Shown here in pieces: positions 1 through 8,830 of a stretch of 64,000 bases of DNA (positions are counted from its first letter, which is position 1; each line of letters starts with the position of its first letter). Below the pieces are notes generated by a model. That model had not been told where the DNA came from. It did no database searches and worked only from the letters and a program-made list of their open reading frames with translations. The position numbers were made by a program, and so were the translations under genes. The DNA comes from Actinomycetales bacterium (lineage in GTDB: Bacteria > Actinomycetota > Actinomycetes > Actinomycetales > Dermatophilaceae), in assembly GCA_016710645.1 (NCBI GenBank), contig JADJVI010000056.1:1388-65387 (forward strand), given 5' to 3'.

Positions 1-1504
1 CGGCATCAGGCCCACTGTCGGCGAGCTCAACCTCGACATCGGATGCCGACGCTTCAGCAGGGGCGTCCGAGCCGAGGATCGCCTCATCGACGTCAGCCAG
101 CTCGATCGGCTCGGCGCCCTCCGCCTCATCCGCCGAGAACCCCTCAGCCTCCGCGAACTCCGGCCCGACCTCGGCATCGCCACCGGCCACCGCAACGGCG
201 ACCGTTTCGGCTTCGCCGGCAGCCGGCACCGCCGGAACCTCGCCCTGCTCGGCGCCCAGCTCGGCCACGTCAACGATGTCGGCGACGGATGCGCTGCCGT
301 CGAGGTCGAGGTCAGTGCCTGACTCGCCGTCGACGACCACCTCGGAAACCCCGGCGGACTCTTCGGCCCACTCGACAGCAGCGGGGCTTTCGTCCGCCTC
401 CTCGGCGGCGGGAGCCACCTGCTCGGCTTCACCCTCGTCGGCCGAGGCGCCGTCGCCAGCGAGCCAGCCGGCACCTGCAGCAGCAGCAGCAGCCGTCGCG
501 GCGCCGCCGGCAACATAGCCAGCACCACCAAAGGTTCCGAATTCCCGCGTCCCGGACTGCAGCTCGCCTTCGATACGAGCCCGGGCAGCGGCGGCGGCCT
601 CGTCTGCGGGAGACGGGCGGGCCGGGCCTTCGGCCGGGGTCCAGACATCCTCAACTGCGGCCTGCACGCTCGGCGCCTCGGCCTCGGCTTCCGACTCGGT
701 CACCGACTCAGCAACATCGGCCGCAACGGCACCCTCGACATCGCCTGCCTCGCCTGCCTCGTCAGCGTCAACCTCGTCGCCAGCCGCAACGGCCGCGCCG
801 GCTGCGCCGTCATCCTCAACGGGAACCTCGACGTCCTGCGCAATGCCGGCGGCCTCCGCCGCGAGCGCCGCTTCCGGCACCACGTCATCAGCGCCGGAGA
901 GGGATTCGGCCACCAGTTCGTCGTCGACGTCCACCTCTTGGGCCAGGCCAGCCGCGTATGCCGCCTCCGCAGCCTCGGGAATCACACCGACGCCCGGGTC
1001 GACCACGAGGTCTTCGTCACTGGCGAACTCGTCCTCGGCCAGCGTCGGGACGACCCCCGCTTCCCCCGCGGCCCAACCGGATGCGGCCACGGGCTCAGAT
1101 GCCGACTCAGCCGGCGCAGTGTCGTCGCGATGACCGGTCAGCTTCGAGGCCGCCACCGCCGCGGCACCAGCCAAGCCACCAGCTGCAGCACCAAAGCCAC
1201 CGAGGCCCGCGTGACCAGACTCAGCCACCTCAACTGACGACTCTTCGGCGATATCGCCCACCGGCGGGATCGGACCCGGGTCGAACACGGAGGCGGCCGG
1301 CGGGAGGGGAGCGGACGGCATACCGGGGCCGCTGTCCCACGACGGAACCGGCGGCAGCGAGCCAGCGGCCTCCGACGGGCGCTGGAACTCGCTCGTGTCA
1401 GGCGGGGCCACCTCGCGCCGCCGTCGGCTGGCGCCCAACAGCAGCCAGAGACCGATCAGCAGCACGACCGCGACCAGCACCAACAACAGGACGTTTCTGG
1501 GCAT
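1..1504 (-). CDS. membrane-anchored acidic Ala/Glu/Asp/Val-rich low-complexity protein (N-terminus complete, C-terminus cut by window edge)
   Basis: Absent from the ORF track because it runs off the window. My reverse translation from the ATG at ~1504 gives MPRNVLLLVLVAVVLLIGLWLLLGASRRRR (one TM helix), then >450 aa of acidic low-complexity sequence. The listed 43..1524 + ORF is its Arg/Pro-rich antisense shadow. Confidence 0.55.
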   Translation of the reverse strand, partial: MPRNVLLLVLVAVVLLIGLWLLLGASRRRREVAPPDTSEFQRPSEAAGSLPPVPSWDSGPGMPSAPLPPAASVFDPGPIPPVGDIAEESSVEVAESGHAGLGGFGAAAGGLAGAAAVAASKLTGHRDDTAPAESASEPVAASGWAAGEAGVVPTLAEDEFASDEDLVVDPGVGVIPEAAEAAYAAGLAQEVDVDDELVAESLSGADDVVPEAALAAEAAGIAQDVEVPVEDDGAAGAAVAAGDEVDADEAGEAGDVEGAVAADVAESVTESEAEAEAPSVQAAVEDVWTPAEGPARPSPADEAAAAARARIEGELQSGTREFGTFGGAGYVAGGAATAAAAAAGAGWLAGDGASADEGEAEQVAPAAEEADESPAAVEWAEESAGVSEVVVDGESGTDLDLDGSASVADIVDVAELGAEQGEVPAVPAAGEAETVAVAVAGGDAEVGPEFAEAEGFSADEAEGAEPIELADVDEAILGSDAPAEASASDVEVELADSGPDA

Positions 1505-1587
1505 GTCCACTCCCTGTGAGGTGACGGTAAGCACGCAAGGGAAGCGCGCCCCGAGTGCAACATACCCGAGCTTGCGCGCCGAAAGCC

Positions 1588-1622
1588 GCGGCACGGCATA
1601 CCGGGCAGGTATGCCGTGCCGC
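1588..1622 (-). terminator. 15-bp perfect hairpin built from an inverted pair of the ACGGCATACC motif, downstream of the acyl-CoA ligase gene
   Basis: GCGGCACGGCATACC-gggca-GGTATGCCGTGCCGC read directly. It lies about 50 nt 3' of the stop at 1673. Confidence 0.5.
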
Positions 1623-1672
1623 AGACTCCGCGCGGAGGGTCAGTCGCGCCTCGCGAACCGCTCAGTGAGAGG

Positions 1673-3301
1673 TCAGTGGCCGAGCAATCCCAGTCGGGCG
1701 GCGGACTTCTCGCGCATTTCGATCTTGCGGACCTTGCCGGTGACCGTCATGGGGAATTCGTCGACGATCTCGACGTAACGCGGGATCTTGTAGTGCGCCA
1801 GCTTGCCGGTCGCAAAGGCGCGGATCGCCGGGGCGTCGACGGGCTGGGTGCCGGGCTTCATCCGGATCCAGGCGCAGAGCTCCTCGCCGTACTTCGGGTC
1901 GGGCACGCCGATGACCTGAGCGTCGAGGATGTCGGGGTGGGTGTAGAGGAATTCTTCGATCTCACGCGGGTAGATGTTTTCGCCGCCGCGGATGACCATG
2001 TCCTTGATCCGGCCGGTGATCTGGACGAAGCCGTCCTCGTCCATGACCGCGAGGTCACCGGTCATCATCCAGCCGTCGATGACGGATTCCTCGGTCTTGT
2101 CCGGCTGCATCCAGTAGCCGAGCATGACGGAGTAACCCTTAGTCGCGAATTCGCCGGACTGGCCGCGCGGGACGATTTCGCCGGTCGAGGGGTCGACGAT
2201 CTTGATCTCGATGTGCGGGCCGACCGGGCCGACGGTGAAGACCTTGCGGTCGAAGGTGTCGTCGGTGCGGGTCTGGGTCGACACCGGCGAGGTCTCGGTC
2301 ATGCCGTAGCAGATCGTCATCTCGTCGATGCCGGCGGCGATGACCTGCTTCATCAGTTCGGCCGGGCAGGGCGAGCCGGCCATGATGCCGGTGCGCACGG
2401 TCTCCAGCGCCGACACGTCGAACTGGCCGTCCTCGATGAGCTGCCACTCGGCGACGAACATCGTCGGCACGCCATAGAGGGAGGTGCACTTCTCGTCGCG
2501 GACTGCTTTGAGGGTGAGCGCCGGGTCGAAACCGGGTGCCGGGATGACCATGCAGGCCCCGTGCGAGGTGGCTGCGAGGTTGCCCATGACCATGCCGAAG
2601 CAGTGGTAGAAGGGCACCGGGATGCAGATCCGGTCCTGCTCGGTGTATTTGCACAGCTCGCCGACGAAGAAGCCGTTGTTGAGGATGTTGCGGTGGCTCA
2701 GCGTCGCTCCCTTGGGGAATCCCGTTGTGCCAGAGGTGTATTGGATGTTGATGGCGTCGTTGCGGTCCAGGCCGGCGGCGATCGCCTCCAGCTCCTCCTG
2801 GGTGACGCCCTCAGCGGCAGCCCACAGGTCGTCCCACGAGGCATCGCCAAGCAGCACCACCTGCTCGAGCGAGGGCACCTCGTCGCGGACCTCCTCGATC
2901 ATCGCCGCGTAGTTGCTCGTCTTGAACGACGGCGCCGACACGAGCATCTTGATGCCCGCCTGGTTGAGCACGTACTGCAGCTCGTGCGTCCGGTAGGCCG
3001 GGTTGATGTTGACGAGGATCGCGCCGATCTTGGCGGTGGCGTACTGCACGAGCGTCCACTCGCCGCAGTTCGGCGCCCAGATGCCGACCCGATCGCCCTT
3101 GACGATCCCCTTGCCGGCGAACCCGCGCGCGAGCACGTCGACGTCACGGGCCAACTCGGCATACGTCCAGCGTTTGCCGGCCACGACGTCGACCATCGCC
3201 TCGCGGTCCGGGAAGCGCGCGGCCGTCGCGTCGAGGTTGGCGCTGATGGTCTGCTCGATGAGCGGGGTGTCAGTGGGTCCGCTGGCGATGGACAACGACA
3301 T
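1673..3301 (-). CDS. AMP-dependent acyl-CoA synthetase/ligase (FadD-like)
   Basis: ORF 1673..3469. Adenylate-forming motif YTSGTTGFPKG and typical GEL/GWMMTGD/GRIKDMVIRGGENIYP blocks. Start placed at MSLSIASG (residue 57 of the track ORF), because the upstream 56 aa are Arg/Gly-rich and cover the motif hairpins. Confidence 0.9.
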   Translation of the reverse strand: MSLSIASGPTDTPLIEQTISANLDATAARFPDREAMVDVVAGKRWTYAELARDVDVLARGFAGKGIVKGDRVGIWAPNCGEWTLVQYATAKIGAILVNINPAYRTHELQYVLNQAGIKMLVSAPSFKTSNYAAMIEEVRDEVPSLEQVVLLGDASWDDLWAAAEGVTQEELEAIAAGLDRNDAINIQYTSGTTGFPKGATLSHRNILNNGFFVGELCKYTEQDRICIPVPFYHCFGMVMGNLAATSHGACMVIPAPGFDPALTLKAVRDEKCTSLYGVPTMFVAEWQLIEDGQFDVSALETVRTGIMAGSPCPAELMKQVIAAGIDEMTICYGMTETSPVSTQTRTDDTFDRKVFTVGPVGPHIEIKIVDPSTGEIVPRGQSGEFATKGYSVMLGYWMQPDKTEESVIDGWMMTGDLAVMDEDGFVQITGRIKDMVIRGGENIYPREIEEFLYTHPDILDAQVIGVPDPKYGEELCAWIRMKPGTQPVDAPAIRAFATGKLAHYKIPRYVEIVDEFPMTVTGKVRKIEMREKSAARLGLLGH

Positions 3302-3460
3302 GGTGCGGCCTTCCGGGGAGATGTACAGCGCTTGCGTGGGTAGCTCTAGTTCGCATCCCACCGCGTCGGGCAGCCTCCCGCAACCCGGCGATGGTCCCGG
3401 ATCTGCACAGGTATGCCGTCCGCCCACCCCGCGCGCCGAGCCGCTCCCCCTCTGACTGCC

Positions 3461-3494
3461 GCACGGCATACCCGATTGCTTTGGTATGCCGTGC
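3461..3494 (-). terminator. 12-bp hairpin from an inverted motif pair, 3' of the giant exoprotein gene; a third motif copy sits at ~3409-3420
   Basis: GCACGGCATACC-cgattgcttt-GGTATGCCGTGC, 13 nt after the stop at 3507. Confidence 0.5.
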
Positions 3495-3506
3495 AGCTCA
3501 CCTCCG

Positions 3507-6500
3507 TCATGCCTGCTTGCGCGACGCGAGTCGGATCCGCACGAAGATGGTCAGGGCCGCGAGAGCGGTGGCCAGAGCCAGCCCTGCCAGCGGAAGGAGC
3601 CACCACGGCATACCCGCTCGCACTGCCACGGGAAGGTCGATGCTCCGAATGCCAGCGCCGTCGAGGTACTCGATCTTGATCGTGTGCCTGCCGATCTCGA
3701 CATCGGGCGGGATGGTGACGCTCTGCGAGAGAGTGCCCTTGTCGTCGGTCCTGGCGTTCGCCAACACCCGCCGACTGCTGTTGAGGGTGATCTGCACGGG
3801 GACGGACGGCTGAAGCTGGGTTGCTCCGACGACGACCTGCTGACCGGGAGTCACAGTGCTCTCGCTGCCCACCTGAATGACTGGCGCACCGCCGATGGCC
3901 AGGACATTGATCCCCGAAGGCTCGGCCTGGTCCAGCGTCGTCGGGCCGGGTGTGGTGAGGTCCGGGTTGATGGAGCTCGACCACCCGTAAAGCGCGACCG
4001 TGATGGCGTTGTAGCCCTTGGCGTTGGGGTGCATGAACTGCTGGGTGAGCGAGGGGTAATCCGAGGTGTGGAGCTCAGCCGCCTGGGTGGCAAGCCAGGT
4101 GTCGAACGCGGAGGTCGACGCGCCCGACACCACGGTGACGCCACGGATATACGGCTCCGGATCGCAGGACGTGTGATTGGGCTGCACAGCATTGGCGGTT
4201 TGGTCCACGAAGTAGATGTGGCGCCCGCCCTTGGCTGCTTGAGTCACGGCAGCCGAGATGGCGGCGTTGAGCCGTTCGACGATCTGGTTGGCCAAGGTGA
4301 TTTCGGTCTGGCTGAATCCCGAACAGTTGCCGCGGACGTCTCTCGGCAAGACGGCGGGGTAGGCCAACACCAAGACAGGAGCCGACTTCTGTCGCTGTTT
4401 CAGCGACTCATCGTCGTTGATGATCGAGTAGATGGTTTGGTAGACGCGGCTCAGGCGGCCCAACTGGCCGGGCTGGCTCGGATCATTCAACTGAGAGATC
4501 TGCTCGAAAGCCCGCTCCCGGAACTCCGGAGTGCCGCACTCGCCCGGCTTGACGCACGCTTCCACGATGGAGGCGAAACCGACGTCGTTCCCGCCCAGCG
4601 TAAGGACGACGGCATCCGGCTTCTTGGCGAGGTGACGCAGTTGGGCGATCTGGGGCTGGTTCTCCTCCACGGTGGAGTTGGGTGCGTTCTGGCCCGACCA
4701 CATGTCCTCGATCACCGCACCTGAGCAGGCGATGAGGGTGCGACGGTCTTCGGGGAACTGCGGCAGCGTGTGGGTCTTGGTCGACTGGTGACACCGGTTG
4801 GACGCCACGTCGGTCCCCTTGACGTAGTCGCCGGCCCCTTCCCCAGCGGAGTACGAGTCGCCCATGACGACGACCCGGCCGCTCTCGGTGACCGTCTTCA
4901 GCCAGGACCCGGCAGCGTTCTTGAGGTTGTCGAGGGCGTTGACCGTGATGGTGCCCTTCGCGTCAACCGCCGACACGTCGTTACCCCACGTGGTCACGCG
5001 GTAATTGGCGGTGCCTCCGGTCAAGTCGACGCCGGCGGCCACCGTCCACGAGCGCGAGATGGTCTCGCCCGGTGCGATGTTGCCCAGCCGGAATCGCGGC
5101 GGCAGGACCGCGGGGAACATCGACTGCGAACCCTGGTCGGTGAAGGTCAGCCCGATCTGGGCGTCTTGGATCATGCGCGAGGACGGATTCGTCACCGAGC
5201 CGGTGATGGTGACCTGCTGGCCGACGATGGCCTGGCTGGGGGCTTGCGCTTTCACCTCGAGGTTGGGCACGCCCAATCTGTTGATATTGGCGTCCAGTTG
5301 AGCCGTGTCGTCGATCGGCACATAGGCGCCGCCGGTCGTGTTCGCGACGCACTGGAGTTCCTCCCGCCCGGCTGGTGACAGTTGGAAGCCCATCGCGTTG
5401 ATGGTGACGTCGAAGCCTTGCTTGGATACGTCGGCTGCCACCGAGCACGGCGGCGGCCCGCAGTTCGACTCTCCGTCGGAGACGAGCAGGATCGTGGCGC
5501 CGCGATACCCCTGCGCCATCAGTCGATCGACCACCGCACGCAGCGCCGGTCCGGTGGGCGTGTTGCCATCCGCCCCGAGCCCGTCAATGAGGGCGGTCAG
5601 CCGGCTACCGTCGCCAACCCGACCGACGGCGCCTCCGCCCGCGAAGTCCCCGGCGGCACACCCGTCGACCGAGTCTCCCCCTGGATACGTCCACAGTCCG
5701 ATCTCGGATGAGGAGGGCTGCCGCAGGACGAACTTCTCCAGCGCCGACTTGGCTCCCTCGAGTTTCACCGTGCCCGCGGCGTCGTGGTCGTTCATCGAAC
5801 CGGACAGGTCGAAGACCACGGCCAACGCGCCACCGCCGGGGGTGGAACTGCCCGTCCCGACTGGTCGGGTGCCTGTGGTGGCTTCGGCCGGTGTGGTCCG
5901 CGCGCGGTTCCACTGGGCCAGCACACTGTCGGCGATGCGGTCGAGGACTTGGGGGTTCTTGGTGCTGTTGGAGTGGCCGCACGAGTCGATCCACGCCGAG
6001 ACGAGGCTCATGATGGCCAACTGCAGTCCCGGCTCGCCGCTGAGGATCTGGTCGAGAACCGCGGAGTCGGACACCAGCTTGCCGAGAGCCGCGACTTCCA
6101 TACTGATGACGGCCCCCACCACCCCACCCCATTTCGCTCCCGACAACGCCGACCGCAGCATCGCCATCGTCTGATCGCTCGTCGTTCGACAGCTCACGTC
6201 CTTGACGCCGAGGCTGGCCTTGATGCCCTTCCGGTCGTACTCGGAGGAGAGGTAGCCGGTGGCCGAGGTGACGGGCACCACGCCATCGGTCCGGAGGTCG
6301 ATGTCGTAGAGCTTGATCCCGAAGAGGGTGCGACTGATGGTTGTCGTCGTCGAGATCATGGTGATCGGCCGCCCCGGTGCCGCTGGGGGTTTCGGGCAGC
6401 CGCTCGGCATCCAGTGCTTCTCGTCGTGACGGGCCAAGCACTTGGCTGCGTTCGACATGCGCGGAGGCAAGGTCTTGTTGGGTGACCAGAGTTCGTCCCA

Positions 6501-7130
6501 GGTTTCTTTGATCTCCGCGGGGAGGGTGTTGCCGAACGGTGAACCTTGGTAAGGAGTCCCCACGGTCACCAGCCCGCCGAAATGCTCCTCGGCAATAGGA
6601 GAGCGCGTGTATGCCGTGTCGCTCGCGAACAGCGCGGCCAGCCCGCCCATGGAGTGGGCGACGATATAGACCTTGCCATCGCCTCCCGCACGCTGATGCT
6701 GCTCTCCCACGGCGTTGACATAGCGCGCCAAGCAATCCGCGACCGTCGGTTCGGCGGCCCAGTCGGTGTTGGCGCTGGAGTAGTCGAAGGTGAGGTAGTC
6801 GAAATTGTCCGGGAGCCTCTGTTTGAGGCCTTGGATAGTGGTGTCCCATCCACTTGCCGTGCCAGTCCAACCGTGGACGAGCACGAGGGGTTGGCGATCT
6901 TTGGCGACCTGGGGTGCCGTGATCGTTCTGGGGCATTCGCCCGTCGGGCTCGTCTGCACGTCCGCCTGCACGTCCGCCTGCAAGTCCGCCTTCACATCTG
7001 CCTGGACGCTCGCCCGGACGCCCACCTGGACGTCGCCCCGGACGTCCGCCCGCGCGGCGCCCGCTCCGAGCAGCCCGAGGAGGACAACGAGCAGAACGCT
7101 CGCGGCCGAACGGACCGATTGAGGCAGCAT
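3507..7130 (-). CDS. secreted, C-terminally membrane-anchored multidomain protein: signal peptide, ADVQ repeats, alpha/beta-hydrolase lipase, vWA, CARDB/Ig-like, SGNH/GDSL hydrolase, Ig-like, TM anchor (1207 aa)
   Basis: ORF 3507..7763 trimmed to MLPQSVRSAASVLLVVLLGLLGAGAARA (residue 212). Lipase elbow YIVAHSMGG after LVLVHGWTG. vWA MIDAS VVFDLSGSMND ... LLVSDGESN. SGNH block I VVVMGDSYSAGEG and block III LTLGGNDVGF. C-terminal MPWWLLPLAGLALATALAALTIFVRIRLASRKQA. The ATG overlaps the upstream stop (TGATG). Confidence 0.8.
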   Translation of the reverse strand: MLPQSVRSAASVLLVVLLGLLGAGAARADVRGDVQVGVRASVQADVKADLQADVQADVQTSPTGECPRTITAPQVAKDRQPLVLVHGWTGTASGWDTTIQGLKQRLPDNFDYLTFDYSSANTDWAAEPTVADCLARYVNAVGEQHQRAGGDGKVYIVAHSMGGLAALFASDTAYTRSPIAEEHFGGLVTVGTPYQGSPFGNTLPAEIKETWDELWSPNKTLPPRMSNAAKCLARHDEKHWMPSGCPKPPAAPGRPITMISTTTTISRTLFGIKLYDIDLRTDGVVPVTSATGYLSSEYDRKGIKASLGVKDVSCRTTSDQTMAMLRSALSGAKWGGVVGAVISMEVAALGKLVSDSAVLDQILSGEPGLQLAIMSLVSAWIDSCGHSNSTKNPQVLDRIADSVLAQWNRARTTPAEATTGTRPVGTGSSTPGGGALAVVFDLSGSMNDHDAAGTVKLEGAKSALEKFVLRQPSSSEIGLWTYPGGDSVDGCAAGDFAGGGAVGRVGDGSRLTALIDGLGADGNTPTGPALRAVVDRLMAQGYRGATILLVSDGESNCGPPPCSVAADVSKQGFDVTINAMGFQLSPAGREELQCVANTTGGAYVPIDDTAQLDANINRLGVPNLEVKAQAPSQAIVGQQVTITGSVTNPSSRMIQDAQIGLTFTDQGSQSMFPAVLPPRFRLGNIAPGETISRSWTVAAGVDLTGGTANYRVTTWGNDVSAVDAKGTITVNALDNLKNAAGSWLKTVTESGRVVVMGDSYSAGEGAGDYVKGTDVASNRCHQSTKTHTLPQFPEDRRTLIACSGAVIEDMWSGQNAPNSTVEENQPQIAQLRHLAKKPDAVVLTLGGNDVGFASIVEACVKPGECGTPEFRERAFEQISQLNDPSQPGQLGRLSRVYQTIYSIINDDESLKQRQKSAPVLVLAYPAVLPRDVRGNCSGFSQTEITLANQIVERLNAAISAAVTQAAKGGRHIYFVDQTANAVQPNHTSCDPEPYIRGVTVVSGASTSAFDTWLATQAAELHTSDYPSLTQQFMHPNAKGYNAITVALYGWSSSINPDLTTPGPTTLDQAEPSGINVLAIGGAPVIQVGSESTVTPGQQVVVGATQLQPSVPVQITLNSSRRVLANARTDDKGTLSQSVTIPPDVEIGRHTIKIEYLDGAGIRSIDLPVAVRAGMPWWLLPLAGLALATALAALTIFVRIRLASRKQA

Positions 7131-7600
7131 CACTTGGGCTCCGTCGCGGCGATCTTCCAGACACCGGCGTCCAGCACCAGGTAGACCAGCCACTGCTGGC
7201 CTTCGGTGCTCCCGTCGATGACTGCTGACGAGGCGCTGATGGGATGGAAGGTCGCGGGGTCCAAGTGGAGGTTCTTGATTCCCTTGAGCGCGGCAAGGAC
7301 GTCGGGGCTCAACGTTGCGGTGGTGGGCAGGGCGACAGCCTTCTGCAAATCCGCCAGTTGGGCACTCTTGAGTGCGCTCTCGATTTCCTGGGCGCGGCCC
7401 TGGGGAAGAGGTGCTGCCGACGCGGTCGGCAGGGCATTCACCGGTGGAGCGGACGTCGCGCCACTCGGCGCCGCAGTGGATGGCGACGCCGATCCGGTGG
7501 GCGAGGGGGCCGGGGCGTCGCCCGTGCATCCCGAGAGGGCGAACGAGGCAGTGAGAATCCCTGAGAGCAGGCAGCAGCGGATGGCTGCCATCGCGGTCAC
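7130..7600 (-). CDS. small lipoprotein of unknown function
   Basis: ORF track, GTG start. Lipobox LTASFALSGC followed by a Pro/Ser/Ala linker. The GTGA and TGATG overlaps couple it to both neighbours. Confidence 0.6.
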   Translation of the reverse strand: MTAMAAIRCCLLSGILTASFALSGCTGDAPAPSPTGSASPSTAAPSGATSAPPVNALPTASAAPLPQGRAQEIESALKSAQLADLQKAVALPTTATLSPDVLAALKGIKNLHLDPATFHPISASSAVIDGSTEGQQWLVYLVLDAGVWKIAATEPK

Positions 7601-8730
7601 GGCTGCGACCCCAACTGCCGGGCGAGGTCCGGACCACCGATGAGGCGACCCTCGCCAAGCACCACGGTGACGCTTCCAGAGGTGCTGGTGGTGGCGATCG
7701 GTTTGGCGACGATCTCCACCAAGGTCGCCCCGGTGAGGGTGACGAAAAGGGGCGCGGGAGCACCGAACGATGCGGTCACCTTCGCGACGCCCTTCCCGTC
7801 AGCAAGGACCACGACTTCGACCTGGTCCCCCGGGTTGCCGTCATCCGGAATGCCGACCATGGCGCTCAATCCGTCCACGTGTTTGCCGACGACCCAAGCC
7901 ACCCCGCGGCCGGCCTTGGGGACTGACCAGAACGCGGAGTTGACATAGGTCTGCCCACCGAGAGCCGTGTCCCGAGTGGAGTACGAGCCGCTCTTGGGCC
8001 TGGCCTTCACCAGGAAGACGCTCGTCGACGCATCCGCGACCGTCAGACTGACCCGCGCGGGGAGGGCCGCCCCCACGGCCGGATCCGTGGCCAGCACGGT
8101 TCCGGGCGCCGCTCCCGGTTGGTAAGTCCGCGTGATCGCAACCTCGGCACCGAGGAGACTCAACTGGCGGGTTGCCTCATCAAGGCCGCCGCCGACGACC
8201 TTGGGCACGACCGCGGCACTGGAAAGCACCAGTGACACCTCTTGCGCGATGGCGCTCCCACGAGTCGGGTTCTGAGCGAAGACGCGGCCGGCGGGGCCGG
8301 CTGCCGGCGACTCGGTGACCTTGACCTTCGCCGCGGGCACCCCGAGGTCGGAAAGGATCTGCAGCGCTGCCTGCGACTCCAGCCCCCTGAGGTCGGGCAT
8401 CACGGCACCGGGCGGCAACGCAGCGGGGACCTCGACAAAGGTCGCCGACGAGCTCGGCACCGGAAGTGCGGCATCGCGGTTCGCACCAAGCGACCAGCCG
8501 AGGACGACGCCTCCACCGAGGAGTGCGATAGCCCCGAGCAACGCTCCGATAAGGGCGATAGGGATCGCGCGGCCGGGCTTGTTGTCAATCGTCGCCGCAG
8601 CGCTTGCAGGGGCTTTGCCGTCTGCTGTTTTCAACTCCCCATCCACCATGGTCGACAACGTAGTGGCGTGAGGATCGAGTTGGGGCGTTTGCTGGGCGCA
8701 AAGGCGAGGAGCCGTACGCCACTGTTTCAT
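7597..8730 (-). CDS. single-pass membrane protein with two PASTA domains and a C-terminal NPCBM-like carbohydrate-binding module (no kinase or transpeptidase domain)
   Basis: ORF 7597..8748. Start moved to MKQWRT (ATG 8730), preceded by GAGAGGA. TM segment IPIALIGALLGAIALLGGGVVLGW. PASTA-like MPDLRGLESQAALQILSDLGV and VPKVVGGGLDEATRQLSLLGAEV. C-terminal LGGQTYVNSAFW...MVGIPDD...VVVLADG pattern. Confidence 0.65.
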   Translation of the reverse strand: MKQWRTAPRLCAQQTPQLDPHATTLSTMVDGELKTADGKAPASAAATIDNKPGRAIPIALIGALLGAIALLGGGVVLGWSLGANRDAALPVPSSSATFVEVPAALPPGAVMPDLRGLESQAALQILSDLGVPAAKVKVTESPAAGPAGRVFAQNPTRGSAIAQEVSLVLSSAAVVPKVVGGGLDEATRQLSLLGAEVAITRTYQPGAAPGTVLATDPAVGAALPARVSLTVADASTSVFLVKARPKSGSYSTRDTALGGQTYVNSAFWSVPKAGRGVAWVVGKHVDGLSAMVGIPDDGNPGDQVEVVVLADGKGVAKVTASFGAPAPLFVTLTGATLVEIVAKPIATTSTSGSVTVVLGEGRLIGGPDLARQLGSQP

Positions 8731-8830
8731 TCCTCTCACTTTCCCCACGGAGATCCGCGATGCGGTGTAATCAGGCCCCGCCCCCCACTCGGGCGTGGCC
8801 CGGCAACACTGATCGTCGGGAATTGACCGC

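Noticed and set aside
43-1524. 493-aa + strand ORF, extremely Arg/Pro-rich
   Set aside because: It is the antisense shadow of the minus-strand acidic membrane protein. Its composition is typical of wrong-frame translation of GC-rich DNA, and it has no domains.
3298-3302. Apparent extra base at line junctions 3300/3301 and 7560/7561, which would frameshift the acyl-CoA ligase and lipoprotein genes
   Set aside because: The ORF track translates both genes continuously, so I attribute this to my own character-level misreading. For this reason hand-indexed coordinates are given as +/-2 nt.
1616-3343. 575-aa + strand ORF
   Set aside because: It is antisense to the well-supported acyl-CoA ligase gene, with a Gly/Asp/Arg/Val-rich nonsense composition.
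7131-7763. N-terminal 211 aa of the 1418-aa ORF 3507..7763
   Set aside because: It overlaps the lipoprotein gene in another frame and is Arg/Pro-rich. A Sec signal peptide begins at residue 212, and that ATG overlaps the upstream stop codon.
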